From: Verrucomicrobiia bacterium | Lineage (GTDB): Bacteria > Verrucomicrobiota > Verrucomicrobiia > Limisphaerales > UBA11358 | Direction of reading: 5' to 3' | DNA length: 64,000 nt | Assembly: GCA_035546095.1 (NCBI GenBank) | Contig: DASZXB010000017.1 | Span: forward strand, 24-64,023 | Shown here: in pieces, positions 30,601 through 41,472 of the stretch | How the letters are laid out: every line of letters begins with the position of its first letter | How positions within the stretch are numbered: the stretch's first letter is position 1 | Made by a program: the position numbers and the translations under genes | The notes under the pieces: model-generated | What the model was told of the DNA's origin: nothing | What the model saw: the letters and a program-made list of their open reading frames with translations, nothing else | Database searches by the model: none

Positions 30601-32433
30601 ATGGCTAACAATTACGAAATTCACGAATACGACGTGCTCGTCATCGGCGCGGGCGGCGCGGGGTTACGCGCGGCGATTGAAGCGTCGGCGGCGGGCGTCA
30701 AAGTCGGGCTGATTTGCAAATCGCTGCTCGGCAAAGCGCACACCGTCATGGCCGAAGGCGGCATGGCGGCGGCGATGGGCAACGTGGACGACCGCGACAA
30801 CTGGAAGGTCCATTTCGCCGACACGATGCGTGGCGGGCAATACGTCAACAACTGGCGCATGGCCGAATTGCACGCGAAGGAAGCGCCCGCGCGCGTTCAC
30901 GAACTCGAAGCGTGGGGCGCGGTGTTCGACCGCACGAAGGACGGCAAAATTTTGCAGCGCAATTTCGGCGGACATCGTTATCCGCGTTTGGCACACGTCG
31001 GCGACCGCACGGGACTCGAATTGATTCGCACGTTGCAAGACCACGGCATTCATCAAGGCATTGCCGTTCATATGGAGCAGACGATTGTCACGCTGCTCAA
31101 AGACGGCAATCGCGTCATCGGCGCATTCGGTTACGACCGCGAGCGCGGACGGTTTCGGATTTTCAAGGCGAAAGCCGTTGTGCTGGCGACGGGCGGGCTT
31201 GGCCGCGCTTACAAAATCACGAGTAATTCGTGGGAATGCACCGGCGACGGCATGGCGCTGGCGTATGACGCGGGCGCGGAATTGATGGATTTGGAATTCA
31301 TTCAATTTCATCCGACGGGCATGGTCTGGCCGCCGAGCGTCATGGGGATTCTCGTGACCGAAGGCGTGCGCGGCGAAGGCGGTGTGTTGAAAAACAAAGA
31401 AGGCCGCCGCTTCATGTTCGACGACATTCCCGACAATTACAAACCGCAGACTTCGACCGACCCCGAAGAAGGCTGGCGTTACACGCAGGGCGACAAAAAC
31501 GCGAAGCGCCCGCCGGAATTGCTCACGCGCGACCACGTGGCGCGCTGCATCAATCGCGAAGTCAAGGCCGGTCGCGGCAGTCCGCACGGCGGCGTGTTTC
31601 TCGACATCGCGTGGATCAAGGAAAAAATTCCGAACGCGGCGGAACACATCAAAAAGAAATTGCCGAGTATGTATCATCAATTCATGCAACTGGCGAATTT
31701 GGACATCACGAAAGAACCGATGGAAGTCGGTCCCACGACGCATTACGTCATGGGCGGCATCCGCGTGAACGGCGACACGCAGGCAACGAATGTTCCTGGA
31801 CTTTTTGCCGTGGGCGAGTGTGCCGCCGGTTTGCATGGTGCGAATCGTCTCGGCGGCAATTCGCTGTCCGACCTCATCGTTTTCGGCAAACGCGCGGGTG
31901 AATTTGCCGCGAAATTTGCGAAGGAAAATCCCGCCGGACAAATCAACGAAGCGCAAGTCGAAGCCGCCGCACACGAAACGCTCGAACCGTTTGAACGTGG
32001 TGAAAAGTCTGACGGCAGCGCGGAAGGGCCGTATCAAGTGCAACATGATTTGCAAGTGATGATGCAGGATTTGGTCGGCATCGTGCGCCGCGAAGAAGAA
32101 ATGAAACGCGCGCTCGACGGCCTTGAAAAATTAAAACAACGCGCGGCGAAAGTCGCCGTTTATGGCCACCGCGAATACAATCCCGGCTGGCACACGACGA
32201 TTGATTTGAAAAATTTGCTGACGGTGAGCGAGGCCATCGCGCGCTCGGCGATTGACCGCAAGGAAAGTCGCGGCGGCCATTTCCGCGAAGATTTTCCGAA
32301 CAAAGATCCCGAAGCGCAAAAATACAACACCGTGTTGAGCAAGAACGCGGACGGCTCGATGAATTTGCGGCGCGAACCGATTCCGCCAATGCCGGAAGAA
32401 TTGAAAAAAATCATCGCGGAAATGACGAACTAA
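30601..32433 (+). CDS. sdhA: succinate dehydrogenase / fumarate reductase flavoprotein subunit
   Basis: DVLVIGAGGAGLRAA FAD-binding motif, FHPTG, and GANRLGGNSL motifs. Confidence 0.9.
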   Translation: MANNYEIHEYDVLVIGAGGAGLRAAIEASAAGVKVGLICKSLLGKAHTVMAEGGMAAAMGNVDDRDNWKVHFADTMRGGQYVNNWRMAELHAKEAPARVHELEAWGAVFDRTKDGKILQRNFGGHRYPRLAHVGDRTGLELIRTLQDHGIHQGIAVHMEQTIVTLLKDGNRVIGAFGYDRERGRFRIFKAKAVVLATGGLGRAYKITSNSWECTGDGMALAYDAGAELMDLEFIQFHPTGMVWPPSVMGILVTEGVRGEGGVLKNKEGRRFMFDDIPDNYKPQTSTDPEEGWRYTQGDKNAKRPPELLTRDHVARCINREVKAGRGSPHGGVFLDIAWIKEKIPNAAEHIKKKLPSMYHQFMQLANLDITKEPMEVGPTTHYVMGGIRVNGDTQATNVPGLFAVGECAAGLHGANRLGGNSLSDLIVFGKRAGEFAAKFAKENPAGQINEAQVEAAAHETLEPFERGEKSDGSAEGPYQVQHDLQVMMQDLVGIVRREEEMKRALDGLEKLKQRAAKVAVYGHREYNPGWHTTIDLKNLLTVSEAIARSAIDRKESRGGHFREDFPNKDPEAQKYNTVLSKNADGSMNLRREPIPPMPEELKKIIAEMTN

Positions 32434-32446
32434 ACCCATTCACACG

Positions 32447-33196
32447 ATGAACCAGCAAGTCACTTTCAGAATTTGGCGCGGCGACGCGAACGGCGGCAAG
32501 CTCGTGGATTACACCACGGAAATTTCCGAAGGCATGGTCGTGCTCGACGTCGTCCACAAAATTCAGGCGACGCAGGCGAACGACCTCGCGTGCCGCTGGA
32601 ATTGCAAAGCCGGCAAATGCGGCTCCTGCTCGGCGGAAATCAATGGCATCCCGAAACTCATGTGCATGACGCGCATGGACACGATTGACACCAGCAAGCC
32701 CATCACGATTGAGCCGATGCGCGCGTTTCCGAGCATCCGCGATTTGGCGACGGACGTTTCCTGGAACTTTCGCGTTAAGCAAAAAATCAAAAAATTCAAG
32801 CCGCGCGCGCCGGACGCGCCGGACGGCACGTGGCGGATGCAGCAGGAAGACGTTGACCGCGTGCAGGAATTCCGCAAGTGCATCGAATGTTTTCTCTGTC
32901 AGGATGTTTGCCACATTTTGCGCGACCACCACAAACACGACGAATTCATCGGCCCGCGATTTCTCGTCTATACCGCCGCGCTGGAAATGCACCCGCTCGA
33001 CACGGAAGACCGTTTGCCGGAATTGAAGCAGGCGCACAGCATCGGTTTCTGCAACATCACCAAATGCTGCACGAAAGTTTGCCCCGAACACATCACTATT
33101 ACCGACAACGCTATTATTCCGCTCAAAGAACGCGTCGTGGACGAATACTACGACCCGTTTGGCTGGCTCTGGAAAAAAATCCGTCCGCAAGGCTAG
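32447..33196 (+). CDS. sdhB: succinate dehydrogenase / fumarate reductase iron-sulfur subunit
   Basis: CRWNCKAGKCGSCSAEING [2Fe-2S] cluster motif, plus CIECFLCQDVC and CTKVCP cluster motifs. Confidence 0.9.
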   Translation: MNQQVTFRIWRGDANGGKLVDYTTEISEGMVVLDVVHKIQATQANDLACRWNCKAGKCGSCSAEINGIPKLMCMTRMDTIDTSKPITIEPMRAFPSIRDLATDVSWNFRVKQKIKKFKPRAPDAPDGTWRMQQEDVDRVQEFRKCIECFLCQDVCHILRDHHKHDEFIGPRFLVYTAALEMHPLDTEDRLPELKQAHSIGFCNITKCCTKVCPEHITITDNAIIPLKERVVDEYYDPFGWLWKKIRPQG

Positions 33197-33287
33197 GATT
33201 TCTGCTGAAATCACTTTAGCCCCTTGATTAAATTGTCCGCGTTCGATTTGGAAAAATCGTAAACTTTACGGCATACTTTCTCCAACA

Positions 33288-34646
33288 TTGAAAGCCGCGT
33301 CATCAAACGATTTGAAAAAAAATTCCTGGCGCTGGCGGGACGGCGAAGCCGCGCCCCGAACATTTGCCGCGTTGTTCGGTGCGTTGCTTGGGCTGGCGCT
33401 GCTGAAATTCGGCAATCCCATCATTCTGGAAAAATTCGTCACGCCGCCGACCAATTTTTACGACTGGATGATTAGTCCATGGTCGCTGGCCATCGGTTAT
33501 TGGTTGCTCGTGCCGGTCGCAATCATCGGATTTTTCATTGCGCGCTGGAAAATCAACGCGCCGAAATGGTTGCTGGCCTTGCCCGCAATTTGGCTTGGCT
33601 GGCAATTTGTTTCGGCGACGGCAACCGTTGACGCTTCGTTGACGAGGACGGTGCTCGTGCATTTCACGACGTGCGTCGTTTGTTTTTATCTGGGATATTT
33701 TTCATTGAACCGACTCAAAGAACATCGTCCCTTTTGGCTTGGCGTTTTGGGCGCGTTCATTGTCGTGCTGGCCGTTGGACTGCGACAACATTTCGGCGGA
33801 CTGGCCGAATCGCGCGAGTATTTTTTGACCTATATTTATCCGCAATTGAAAAATGTCGCGCCGGACTTTCAAAAAAAAATGGCCAGCGACCGGATATTTT
33901 CGACGTTGTTTTATCCCAACAACTTGGCTGGAATTTTATTACTTCTGCTGCCGACGACGCTGGTTATTTTTTGGAAAAATGAAGATTGGCCAACTGCCGT
34001 TCGCCGAACAATCGTTGGAATCACTGGCGTGGCGGCTTTGGGCTGCCTGTTTTGGTCCGGTTCAAAAGGCGGCTGGCTGCTGATGTTGGTTCTGGGATTG
34101 ATTGCCTTGCTGCAATTGCCGTTTCAAAAGAAAATCAAGTTCGCTTTGCTCGCTGCGATGTTGATTCTCGGCCTTGCCGGATTTGTGTTGAAGTATTCGG
34201 CTTATTTTGAAAAGGGTGCGACCAGCGTTGGCGCGCGATTTGATTATTGGCGCGCCGCCGTCGAAACTGTTGAGGCCAATCCCGTGCTTGGTAGCGGGCC
34301 GGGAACTTTTGGGATCGTCTATGCAAAAATAAAACGACCGGAATCCGAAATGTCCCGCATGACCCACAACGATTACCTCGAACAGGCTTCGGATTCGGGA
34401 TTGCCCGGTTTTGTCGTTTATTTTTCGTTTTTTGGCTGGGCCTTGATTTGGAGCTGGCGAAAACTCGCGGCAAATCCAAACCCGCGATTGTTTGCCGTTT
34501 GGCTGGGATTGCTCGGCTGGAGTTTGCAAGAGTTGTTTGAATTCGGACTTTACATTCCCGCAACGGCTTGGATTGCTTTTGCGCTATTGGGCTGGCTGTT
34601 AAATCGGGTGGGAAATGAGTTCGACAAAAAAATCCCGGCGCGTTAA
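33288..34646 (+). CDS. O-antigen ligase (WaaL/Wzy_C) family membrane protein
   Basis: Polytopic protein with WSGSKGGW and PVLGSGPGTF...THNDYLEQ motifs typical of O-antigen ligase-like proteins. The TTG start is uncertain. Confidence 0.75.
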   Translation: MKAASSNDLKKNSWRWRDGEAAPRTFAALFGALLGLALLKFGNPIILEKFVTPPTNFYDWMISPWSLAIGYWLLVPVAIIGFFIARWKINAPKWLLALPAIWLGWQFVSATATVDASLTRTVLVHFTTCVVCFYLGYFSLNRLKEHRPFWLGVLGAFIVVLAVGLRQHFGGLAESREYFLTYIYPQLKNVAPDFQKKMASDRIFSTLFYPNNLAGILLLLLPTTLVIFWKNEDWPTAVRRTIVGITGVAALGCLFWSGSKGGWLLMLVLGLIALLQLPFQKKIKFALLAAMLILGLAGFVLKYSAYFEKGATSVGARFDYWRAAVETVEANPVLGSGPGTFGIVYAKIKRPESEMSRMTHNDYLEQASDSGLPGFVVYFSFFGWALIWSWRKLAANPNPRLFAVWLGLLGWSLQELFEFGLYIPATAWIAFALLGWLLNRVGNEFDKKIPAR

Positions 34647-34662
34647 TTTGGCGCAATCAAAA

Positions 34663-35094
34663 ATGAAAATCCTTTTTCTCAATGGGCCGAATTTGAATTT
34701 GCTTGGCCAGCGCGAGCCGGAGATTTACGGAACGAGCACTTTGGCGGACATCGAAAAGCAAGTGCGCGAGCGCGCCGCCAAATTGGACGCGGAAATTGAT
34801 TTCCGCCAGTCCAATTCTGAAAGTCAGTTGGTGGAATGGATTCAGCAGGCCAAAAACAAATTTGACGCCATCGTCATCAACGCGGCGGCTTACACGCACA
34901 CCAGCGTCGCGCTGCGGGACGCCATCGCGTTTGCGAGCGTGCCGACGATTGAGATTCATCTCTCGAACATTTACGCGCGGGAAGAGTTTCGCCATAAGTC
35001 ACTGATTGCGCCAGTTTGTCGTGGTCAAATTTCCGGTTTCGGTAAAAAATCTTATATTTTGGCTCTGGAAGCCTGCATTGACGTTAACGTTTGA
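34663..35094 (+). CDS. aroQ: type II 3-dehydroquinate dehydratase
   Basis: MKILFLNGPNLNLLGQREPEIYG and HLSNIYAREEFRH motifs. Confidence 0.9.
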   Translation: MKILFLNGPNLNLLGQREPEIYGTSTLADIEKQVRERAAKLDAEIDFRQSNSESQLVEWIQQAKNKFDAIVINAAAYTHTSVALRDAIAFASVPTIEIHLSNIYAREEFRHKSLIAPVCRGQISGFGKKSYILALEACIDVNV

Positions 35095-35233
35095 GATTTT
35101 TGGCTGATTTTTAGCAACCAATTGGTGCTTGACGCCATTTCCGTTTACGAATAGGATTTCAGCCAGTTCATAATTTGAATGAAGCTTTTTGGGTAACTGC
35201 GGTCACTTTAACGACTAAACGGACTAAAAAATC

Positions 35234-35695
35234 GTGGAAATCAAAGATATTAAGGCAATAATTGATTTAATGAAGAAAAACTCCATTACGGAGTTTGAAT
35301 TGGAGCGGCAGGATTCCAAAATCAGATTGAAACGTGGATTGAATGGAGGCGGCGCTGCCATTTCGCAAGAAGAAAACAGCCCTGTGGTTTCTTTGCCTCT
35401 CCAACCGGCAATTTCAGTTCCTGTGGCGACGGCTCCATTGCTCGCAACGACGGGTGAGATTGAGATTAAATCGCCGATGATTGGAACTTTTTATCGCGCA
35501 CCGTCGCCTGAAGCCGCGAGCTACGTTGAAGTTGGCGCGGAAATAAATGCTGAAACGGTGGTCTGCATCGTCGAAGCGATGAAGGTGATGAACGAAATCA
35601 AGGCTGAGGTGAAAGGAGTCATCACGCAAGTCTTGGTTGAAAATGCCAAGCCGGTGGAATTCGGCCAGCCTTTGTTCAGAGTGCGTCCGGCTTGA
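35234..35695 (+). CDS. accB: acetyl-CoA carboxylase biotin carboxyl carrier protein
   Basis: EAMKVMNEI biotinylation motif, a Pro/Ala linker and a GTG start. Confidence 0.9.
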   Translation: MEIKDIKAIIDLMKKNSITEFELERQDSKIRLKRGLNGGGAAISQEENSPVVSLPLQPAISVPVATAPLLATTGEIEIKSPMIGTFYRAPSPEAASYVEVGAEINAETVVCIVEAMKVMNEIKAEVKGVITQVLVENAKPVEFGQPLFRVRPA

Positions 35696-35738
35696 TTTGC
35701 GCGGATTGCAGGCGTTTTTTTGTTTTCATAAAAAATCC

Positions 35739-37121
35739 ATGTTTGAAAAAATTTTGGTGGCCAATCGCGGTGAAATTGCCGTTCGGATCATCCGCGCTTG
35801 CAAGGAATTGAATGTCCGCACGGTGGCGGTTTATTCCGAAGCAGATGTCAATTCCATGCATGTTCAATTAGCGGATGAAGCCATCTGTATTGGCAAAGCG
35901 CCAGCTTCGGAAAGCTATTTGCGTATTGATCGAATCATTAGCGCGGCGGAAGTGGCGGACGTGGACGCGATTCATCCGGGTTACGGTTTTCTTTCCGAAA
36001 ACGCTCATTTTGCTGAAGTCTGTGAAAGTTGCAATATCCGGTTTATCGGTCCAAGTCCGAGAGCGATGAATTCGCTTGAAGACAAGGCCGTCAGCCGCGC
36101 GCTGGCGAAAAAGGCCGGCGTGCCAGTTCCGCCGGGTTCGGAAGGCGTGGTTGAAAAAGAACAGGATGCTTTGGCCATCGCCAAGCGCATCGGTTATCCG
36201 GTGATGATTAAAGCTGTGGCAGGTGGTGGCGGACGCGGGATGCGCGTGGCGCACAATGACCCTTCGCTGATCAAAGGTTATCACACGGCGCGTTCGGAAG
36301 CGGAAAAGGCTTTTGGTAATTCTGGCGTCTATATCGAAAAATTCATAGAGAACCCGCATCACATTGAAATTCAGATTCTCGGCGACCACAAAGGCCGTGT
36401 GATTCATTTGGGCGAACGCGATTGCTCGGTTCAACGGCGTAATCAGAAATTGATTGAAGAATCGCCGTCGCCGCTGCTCGAACATAAATTTCGCAAGTTG
36501 CGCGATAAAATCGGCAAGGCGGCGGTAAAAATCGCCGAGAGCGCGCATTACACCAACGCGGGCACGGTTGAATTCATTGTGGATAATCACGGCAATTTTT
36601 ATTTCCTTGAAGTCAACAAACGCATTCAAGTCGAGCATCCCGTGACCGAGGAAGTCACCGGCATTGACCTTGTGCGCTATCAAATCCTGCTGGCGATGGG
36701 TGAACCGCTGCAACATTCGCAAAGCGATATTCAAATCAAAGGCCATGCGATTGAGTGTCGCATCAACGCCGAAGACCCGTTTGATGAATTTCGTCCCAGT
36801 CCCGGACGGGTGGAAATGTATTATCAACCCGGCGGACGCGGTGTGCGCGTGGACACGCACGCTTACGCGGGTTACACGATTCCGCCGACATACGATTCAA
36901 TGATCGGCAAACTCATTGCCACCGGCAAAGACCGGCGCGAAGCGATTGACCGCATGAGCTGCGCGTTGGGCGAATACATGATTACCGGCATTAAAACAAC
37001 CATTTCCTTTCAACAGGCCATCATGCAGGACCCGAATTTCCGGCGCGGCGTTTATTCCACCGGCTTTGTTGAGCAATTGCTGGGTGGCGCGCGGCGCGAA
37101 TTGATTGAAGAAAGAACGTGA
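35739..37121 (+). CDS. accC: acetyl-CoA carboxylase biotin carboxylase subunit
   Basis: [22 protein letters not shown]-terminus with ATP-grasp motifs ([22 protein letters not shown]). Confidence 0.95.
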   Translation: MFEKILVANRGEIAVRIIRACKELNVRTVAVYSEADVNSMHVQLADEAICIGKAPASESYLRIDRIISAAEVADVDAIHPGYGFLSENAHFAEVCESCNIRFIGPSPRAMNSLEDKAVSRALAKKAGVPVPPGSEGVVEKEQDALAIAKRIGYPVMIKAVAGGGGRGMRVAHNDPSLIKGYHTARSEAEKAFGNSGVYIEKFIENPHHIEIQILGDHKGRVIHLGERDCSVQRRNQKLIEESPSPLLEHKFRKLRDKIGKAAVKIAESAHYTNAGTVEFIVDNHGNFYFLEVNKRIQVEHPVTEEVTGIDLVRYQILLAMGEPLQHSQSDIQIKGHAIECRINAEDPFDEFRPSPGRVEMYYQPGGRGVRVDTHAYAGYTIPPTYDSMIGKLIATGKDRREAIDRMSCALGEYMITGIKTTISFQQAIMQDPNFRRGVYSTGFVEQLLGGARRELIEERT

Positions 37122-37212
37122 TTCGGGGGCATTTGGTTTCAACTCCTGTAAAATTTTTATTTTAGTTTGACACATTCCAAAGACCGTTTATCTTTTTTGA
37201 AGTCTAAAAGTT

Positions 37213-37614
37213 ATGGCTGATATTCCTCCGATTACTCCCGGTATGCCTGCGGGCGCTGTGCCGCCCAAAAAGGAAACCGGCAAGGTTCAACCTAAAAAAG
37301 AAACCGTTCGCATCAATTTGCCGCCGAAACCGTCGGCGGCGCCAACCATCAAATTGCCGACACTGCCGCCCGGTGGCCCAACTGGCGCGCCGAGTGCGAT
37401 GCCGGCTCCTGCTGCCGCTGCTCCCGCCGCGCCACGCGCTGCTGCCCCGGTGGCGCAATCGCGTCCCGCATCGGTTGTTCAGCGCGCCGCGCCGGTGAGC
37501 GCGCCGACCATTAGCCCTTTGGATAAAATGCTCGTTTTTGCCGCCGCGATTGCAGGGCTGTTCGCCGTCGGCAGCGTATTGTATCTTTGGCTGGGAATTT
37601 CCATTGGAGAGTAA
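37213..37614 (+). CDS. hypothetical Pro/Ala-rich tail-anchored protein
   Basis: 133 aa of low-complexity P/A-rich sequence followed by one C-terminal TM helix (MLVFAAAIAGLFAVGSVLYLWLGI). Confidence 0.5.
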   Translation: MADIPPITPGMPAGAVPPKKETGKVQPKKETVRINLPPKPSAAPTIKLPTLPPGGPTGAPSAMPAPAAAAPAAPRAAAPVAQSRPASVVQRAAPVSAPTISPLDKMLVFAAAIAGLFAVGSVLYLWLGISIGE

Positions 37615-37654
37615 CAAAGTTTTAATTTTCACGTTGAAACATCCTTAAAGTCGT

Positions 37655-37987
37655 ATGGCCTCACCACTGATTGTCACACTCACGCAAGAAAATTTTGCGC
37701 AACAAGTTTTGCAATCGCCCGTTCCCGTGCTGGTGGATTTCTGGGCGGAATGGTGCGGCCCCTGCAAAATGATCGCGCCATTGCTGGATGAATTGGCCGA
37801 CGAATACGATGGCCGGGTGAAAATCGGCAAAGTCAACAGTGACGAAAATCAGGCATTGGCCGCCGAATACGGCATCCGTGCCATCCCCACGCTGTTGCTG
37901 TTCAACAAAGGCCAGATTACTGATCAAATCGTCGGCGCGCGCAGCAAGCGCGACCTTAAAACTAGCCTCGACCGCGTTGCGGTCTGA
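37655..37987 (+). CDS. trxA: thioredoxin
   Basis: 110 aa with the [10 protein letters not shown] active site. Confidence 0.9.
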   Translation: MASPLIVTLTQENFAQQVLQSPVPVLVDFWAEWCGPCKMIAPLLDELADEYDGRVKIGKVNSDENQALAAEYGIRAIPTLLLFNKGQITDQIVGARSKRDLKTSLDRVAV

Positions 37988-37998
37988 CGCGCGGCGTT

Positions 37999-39012
37999 AT
38001 GCCGTTCATCGTTTCGCCCCGGCAATTCACCCAACGCGCGGAATTTTACCGGCAACTGGCGCAACTCACCACTGCCGGCATCGGCGTCACGCCCGCGCTG
38101 GAACAATTGAAAAATCATCCGCCAGCGCATTCCTATCGCGCGCCCATCCAAAGAATTCTGGAAAAACTGACGCAAGGCCAAACTCTTTCTGAAAGTTTGC
38201 AACACGACCGTTGGCTGCCGGATTTTGATGTAATCCTGATTGAAGCCGGTGAGCGCAGCGGACGTTTGGATTCCTGTTTTCGGATGCTTGCGGATTATTA
38301 CAACCAGCGCGCCAGCCTTACCAAACAAATCATTTCCCGGCTTATTTATCCCGCGTTCCTGATTCACTTCGCCGCATTTGTTTTTCTCATCGTTTTGCCG
38401 TTCGCCGGTTCTCAATTTCAAGCCAGCCTGCCGCTGCTGTTTCTCAAAGCGGTGTTGATGCTCCTGCCGATTTACCTGTTCGTCGGATTGATTATTTTCG
38501 TGAGCCAAAGCAAACACGGCGAAAAATGGCGCGCCGTCATGGAAACCGTTTTATATCCCGTGCCCATGCTCGGTTCCGGTCGTCGTGCTCTGGCGTTGGC
38601 GCGCCTGTCTGCCGTTTTGGAAGCGCTCATCAGTGCAGGCGTGAACATCATCGAAGCCTGGAATTTCGCCGCGATTGCCAGCAATTCACCCGCGTTGCAC
38701 CGCACCATTTCAGGATGGAAATCAAGCCTTGCCGCCGGACGGACGCCCGCTGAACTCGTCCGTTCGTCATCTATTTTTCCTACGACGTTTGCCAATCTCT
38801 ATCACAGCGGCGAAGTCAGCGGTAAACTGGACGAAAGCCTGCACCGACTTCACATTTACTATGCGGAAGAGGGCAGCTACAAAATCCAGACCATGGCGCA
38901 ATGGACGACTTATACGATTTATCTGCTCGCCGTATTGATCATCGCCTACAAAATCATCCAATTTTACACAGGCTATTTCAATCAGGTCTCAAATGTCATG
39001 AACGGATTCTGA
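37999..39012 (+). CDS. type II secretion system F (GspF/PilC) family protein
   Basis: Two T2SF-type repeats (FYRQLAQLTTAGIGV...; ...AGERSGRLDSCFRMLADYY; ...HSGEVSGKLDESLHRL) with three TM segments. Confidence 0.75.
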   Translation: MPFIVSPRQFTQRAEFYRQLAQLTTAGIGVTPALEQLKNHPPAHSYRAPIQRILEKLTQGQTLSESLQHDRWLPDFDVILIEAGERSGRLDSCFRMLADYYNQRASLTKQIISRLIYPAFLIHFAAFVFLIVLPFAGSQFQASLPLLFLKAVLMLLPIYLFVGLIIFVSQSKHGEKWRAVMETVLYPVPMLGSGRRALALARLSAVLEALISAGVNIIEAWNFAAIASNSPALHRTISGWKSSLAAGRTPAELVRSSSIFPTTFANLYHSGEVSGKLDESLHRLHIYYAEEGSYKIQTMAQWTTYTIYLLAVLIIAYKIIQFYTGYFNQVSNVMNGF

Positions 39013-39053
39013 TTCCGCTTTGCCGTTTTTCGTTTCGCGGCTAATTTCTTCGC

Positions 39054-40202
39054 GTGACTCTGAACGAAATTTTATCGAACGAAGAACTGCGCCAACGCGA
39101 ATTTCCTGTTGCTCGCGAAAAAATTTTTCTCGCACACGCTGGTGTTTGCCCGCTGCCGCGCCGCGTGGCTGCCGCAATTTCCGAATGTGCGGCACAATCC
39201 ACGCTCGGCGACCAGGAAGCATTCATGCTCCATCGTCTGAGCGACGCGCGAAAACTGGGCGCGCGACTTTTGAATTGCCAGCCGGAAGAAATCGCGCTCG
39301 TCGGACCGACCTCGCTCGCGTTGTGTTACGTCGCCGCCGGATTGAATTTTCGCCGCGGCGACAACATCCTCATTTATCATGACGATTATCCGTCCAACGT
39401 TTATCCGTGGATGGCGCTCGCCGAAAAGGGCGTTGAAGTCCGATTGCTCAACACGCGCAATCTCGGCGTGATTCGTCCAAAGGACGTGATGGGGCAAATT
39501 GACGAAAACACAAAACTCGTCGCGCTCGCGTCCTGCCATTTCATCAGCGGATTTCGGATTGAAATTGACGCCATTGGAAAATTTCTGCGCGAGCGCGGGA
39601 TTCTTTTTTGCCTCGACGCGATTCAAACGCTCGGCGCATTTCCCACGACCGTCGAACACGTTGATTTTCTGGCCGCCGATGCGCACAAATGGCTGCTCGG
39701 CCCGTGCGCGTCGGGAATTTTTTACGTCCGGCGCGAACTTCAGGAAAAACTGAATCCACCGATTTACGGCTGGCACAACGTGCGGAATCCGAACTTCGTC
39801 GCGCAGGAACAAATTGTTTTTCAAAAAGACGCGCGGAAATTTGAAGTGGGCACACAAAATCTGCTCGGCCTCGTCGGTTTGATTGCGGCAATGGAGTTGA
39901 CGCTGGAAATCGGCTTGGAAAACATTGCCGCCGAATTGCTTCGCAAACGCGCGTGGCTCGCGCCCGCGTTGCAGGCAAAAGGATTCAAGATTTTGAATTC
40001 CGACGCGAAACCCGAAAACACCAGTGGCATCGTTTCCTTTTATCAGGATGGAAAAGATTTGTCCGAATCGCACCAGAAACTTTCGGCGGCAAATGTAGTG
40101 TCGTCATTGCGGACGAATCGCCCCGGCCAAAATTTCATCCGCCTTTCGCCGCATTTTTACAATACAGACGCGGAATTGCAGCGGGTATTGGAATTGTTGT
40201 AA
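39054..40202 (+). CDS. class V aminotransferase (cysteine desulfurase / selenocysteine lyase-like)
   Basis: DAHKWLLGP PLP-lysine motif and the overall class V pattern. Confidence 0.8.
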   Translation: MTLNEILSNEELRQREFPVAREKIFLAHAGVCPLPRRVAAAISECAAQSTLGDQEAFMLHRLSDARKLGARLLNCQPEEIALVGPTSLALCYVAAGLNFRRGDNILIYHDDYPSNVYPWMALAEKGVEVRLLNTRNLGVIRPKDVMGQIDENTKLVALASCHFISGFRIEIDAIGKFLRERGILFCLDAIQTLGAFPTTVEHVDFLAADAHKWLLGPCASGIFYVRRELQEKLNPPIYGWHNVRNPNFVAQEQIVFQKDARKFEVGTQNLLGLVGLIAAMELTLEIGLENIAAELLRKRAWLAPALQAKGFKILNSDAKPENTSGIVSFYQDGKDLSESHQKLSAANVVSSLRTNRPGQNFIRLSPHFYNTDAELQRVLELL

Positions 40203-40244
40203 AATCAGATTCGATATTCACCAATTGAAACCTGAAATTGAATC

Positions 40245-41288
40245 ATGGCCTTTTTTCTCACGAACTTTGTCGTATTGGTCTTTGCCATTTCCGGTTTCTG
40301 GTGGTTGAGCGGCTACGATTCGCGGTTGACGGGCGAGTATGAAAAAGCCGACCGCACGCGCCGGATGATTCGTTGCGGCATCACGCTCTTGCTGATTGAA
40401 CCGGCCTTTTGGTGCTTGTGGCAATACGCGCAACACGATGACCGGGCGGCAGGAATGGCGTATATCATGTTCACTTTGCCGCTGGCGTTCATCTGGGTCG
40501 GCTGCCTTTCCGAAATGTTCGCGCACGGATTCCATTGGCTGATTGACCCGGAAGACAAACGGGAATTTGACGCCCACAAACAGATTCGCGATTTGGACAC
40601 GCTCGCCGCTTTGGTCAGAAATGGCCGCAAGGAAGAAGCCATAAAATTGTGCCGCGCGCTCAAGGAATCCGGCGACGCCAGCGCGACGGCGATGGACGTG
40701 ATGCTGGAACGTCTGGGCGTTTCGCAAAATCAAATTCAGAAACCCAAGCCGTTGATGGAAGCGTCGCGTTTGCGCGAGCAAGGACGTTTCGCGGAAGCCG
40801 AATTGATTTTGAATTCGCTGTTGCAGGAAAATCCGGGCAACGTGGACGCGGCGTTGATGTTGATGCGGTTTTACGCGCAGGATTTGAAGCGCGGCGACAA
40901 AGCCCATGAAGTTTTGAAATCGTTGAAGCAGCAGCCTTACGTTTCCGCGTCGCATATCGAATTCGCCTCGCGCTCAATCCACGAATGGCGGAATCCGCGC
41001 CCGCAAGAGACGGTTGCCGAAACGTTGCCGGAATCGGTTGAAGAATTGCTCGCGCAAGGTTATTTCGGCACGGCCATCGAAGTTCTGGAACAGAAAATCG
41101 AATCGCAGCCGGAGGATTTTGATTTGCGCGTGAAGTTGATTGAGATTTACGCCGTTCATTTCAACGATTTTCCAAGCGTGGAAAAAATTCTCCGGCAAAT
41201 GGAGGCATTTTTCACTCCGGCGCAAATCGAATCAGCCAGAGCCAAATTAAGGGAATTGCGGAACGCCGGTTTGCAACAAAATTATTGA
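40245..41288 (+). CDS. membrane-anchored TPR-like repeat protein
   Basis: Three N-terminal TM helices followed by helical repeat segments with a TPR-like periodicity. Confidence 0.55.
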   Translation: MAFFLTNFVVLVFAISGFWWLSGYDSRLTGEYEKADRTRRMIRCGITLLLIEPAFWCLWQYAQHDDRAAGMAYIMFTLPLAFIWVGCLSEMFAHGFHWLIDPEDKREFDAHKQIRDLDTLAALVRNGRKEEAIKLCRALKESGDASATAMDVMLERLGVSQNQIQKPKPLMEASRLREQGRFAEAELILNSLLQENPGNVDAALMLMRFYAQDLKRGDKAHEVLKSLKQQPYVSASHIEFASRSIHEWRNPRPQETVAETLPESVEELLAQGYFGTAIEVLEQKIESQPEDFDLRVKLIEIYAVHFNDFPSVEKILRQMEAFFTPAQIESARAKLRELRNAGLQQNY

Positions 41289-41472
41289 TATGTTTTCTAT
41301 CGTATTAGCTCTTTATGGTCGTGGTGCAAAATTTCTGGATTCATCCATTTCAGATAAAATCATAACTCTAGTAGTTGTATTGGTTATCGTTTTGATTTAT
41401 TGGCTATGTAAACGCGGAAAATCCGGTTAGATTTCCAGAGTAAAACTGAATCGTTGATTCACAATTCAATTA

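Noticed and set aside
35129-35157. Sigma-70-like promoter TTGACG-17 nt-TAGGAT upstream of accB.
   Set aside because: The match is plausible but unremarkable. Promoter consensus in this lineage is not established, and the -10 element is weak. It is not reported as a feature.
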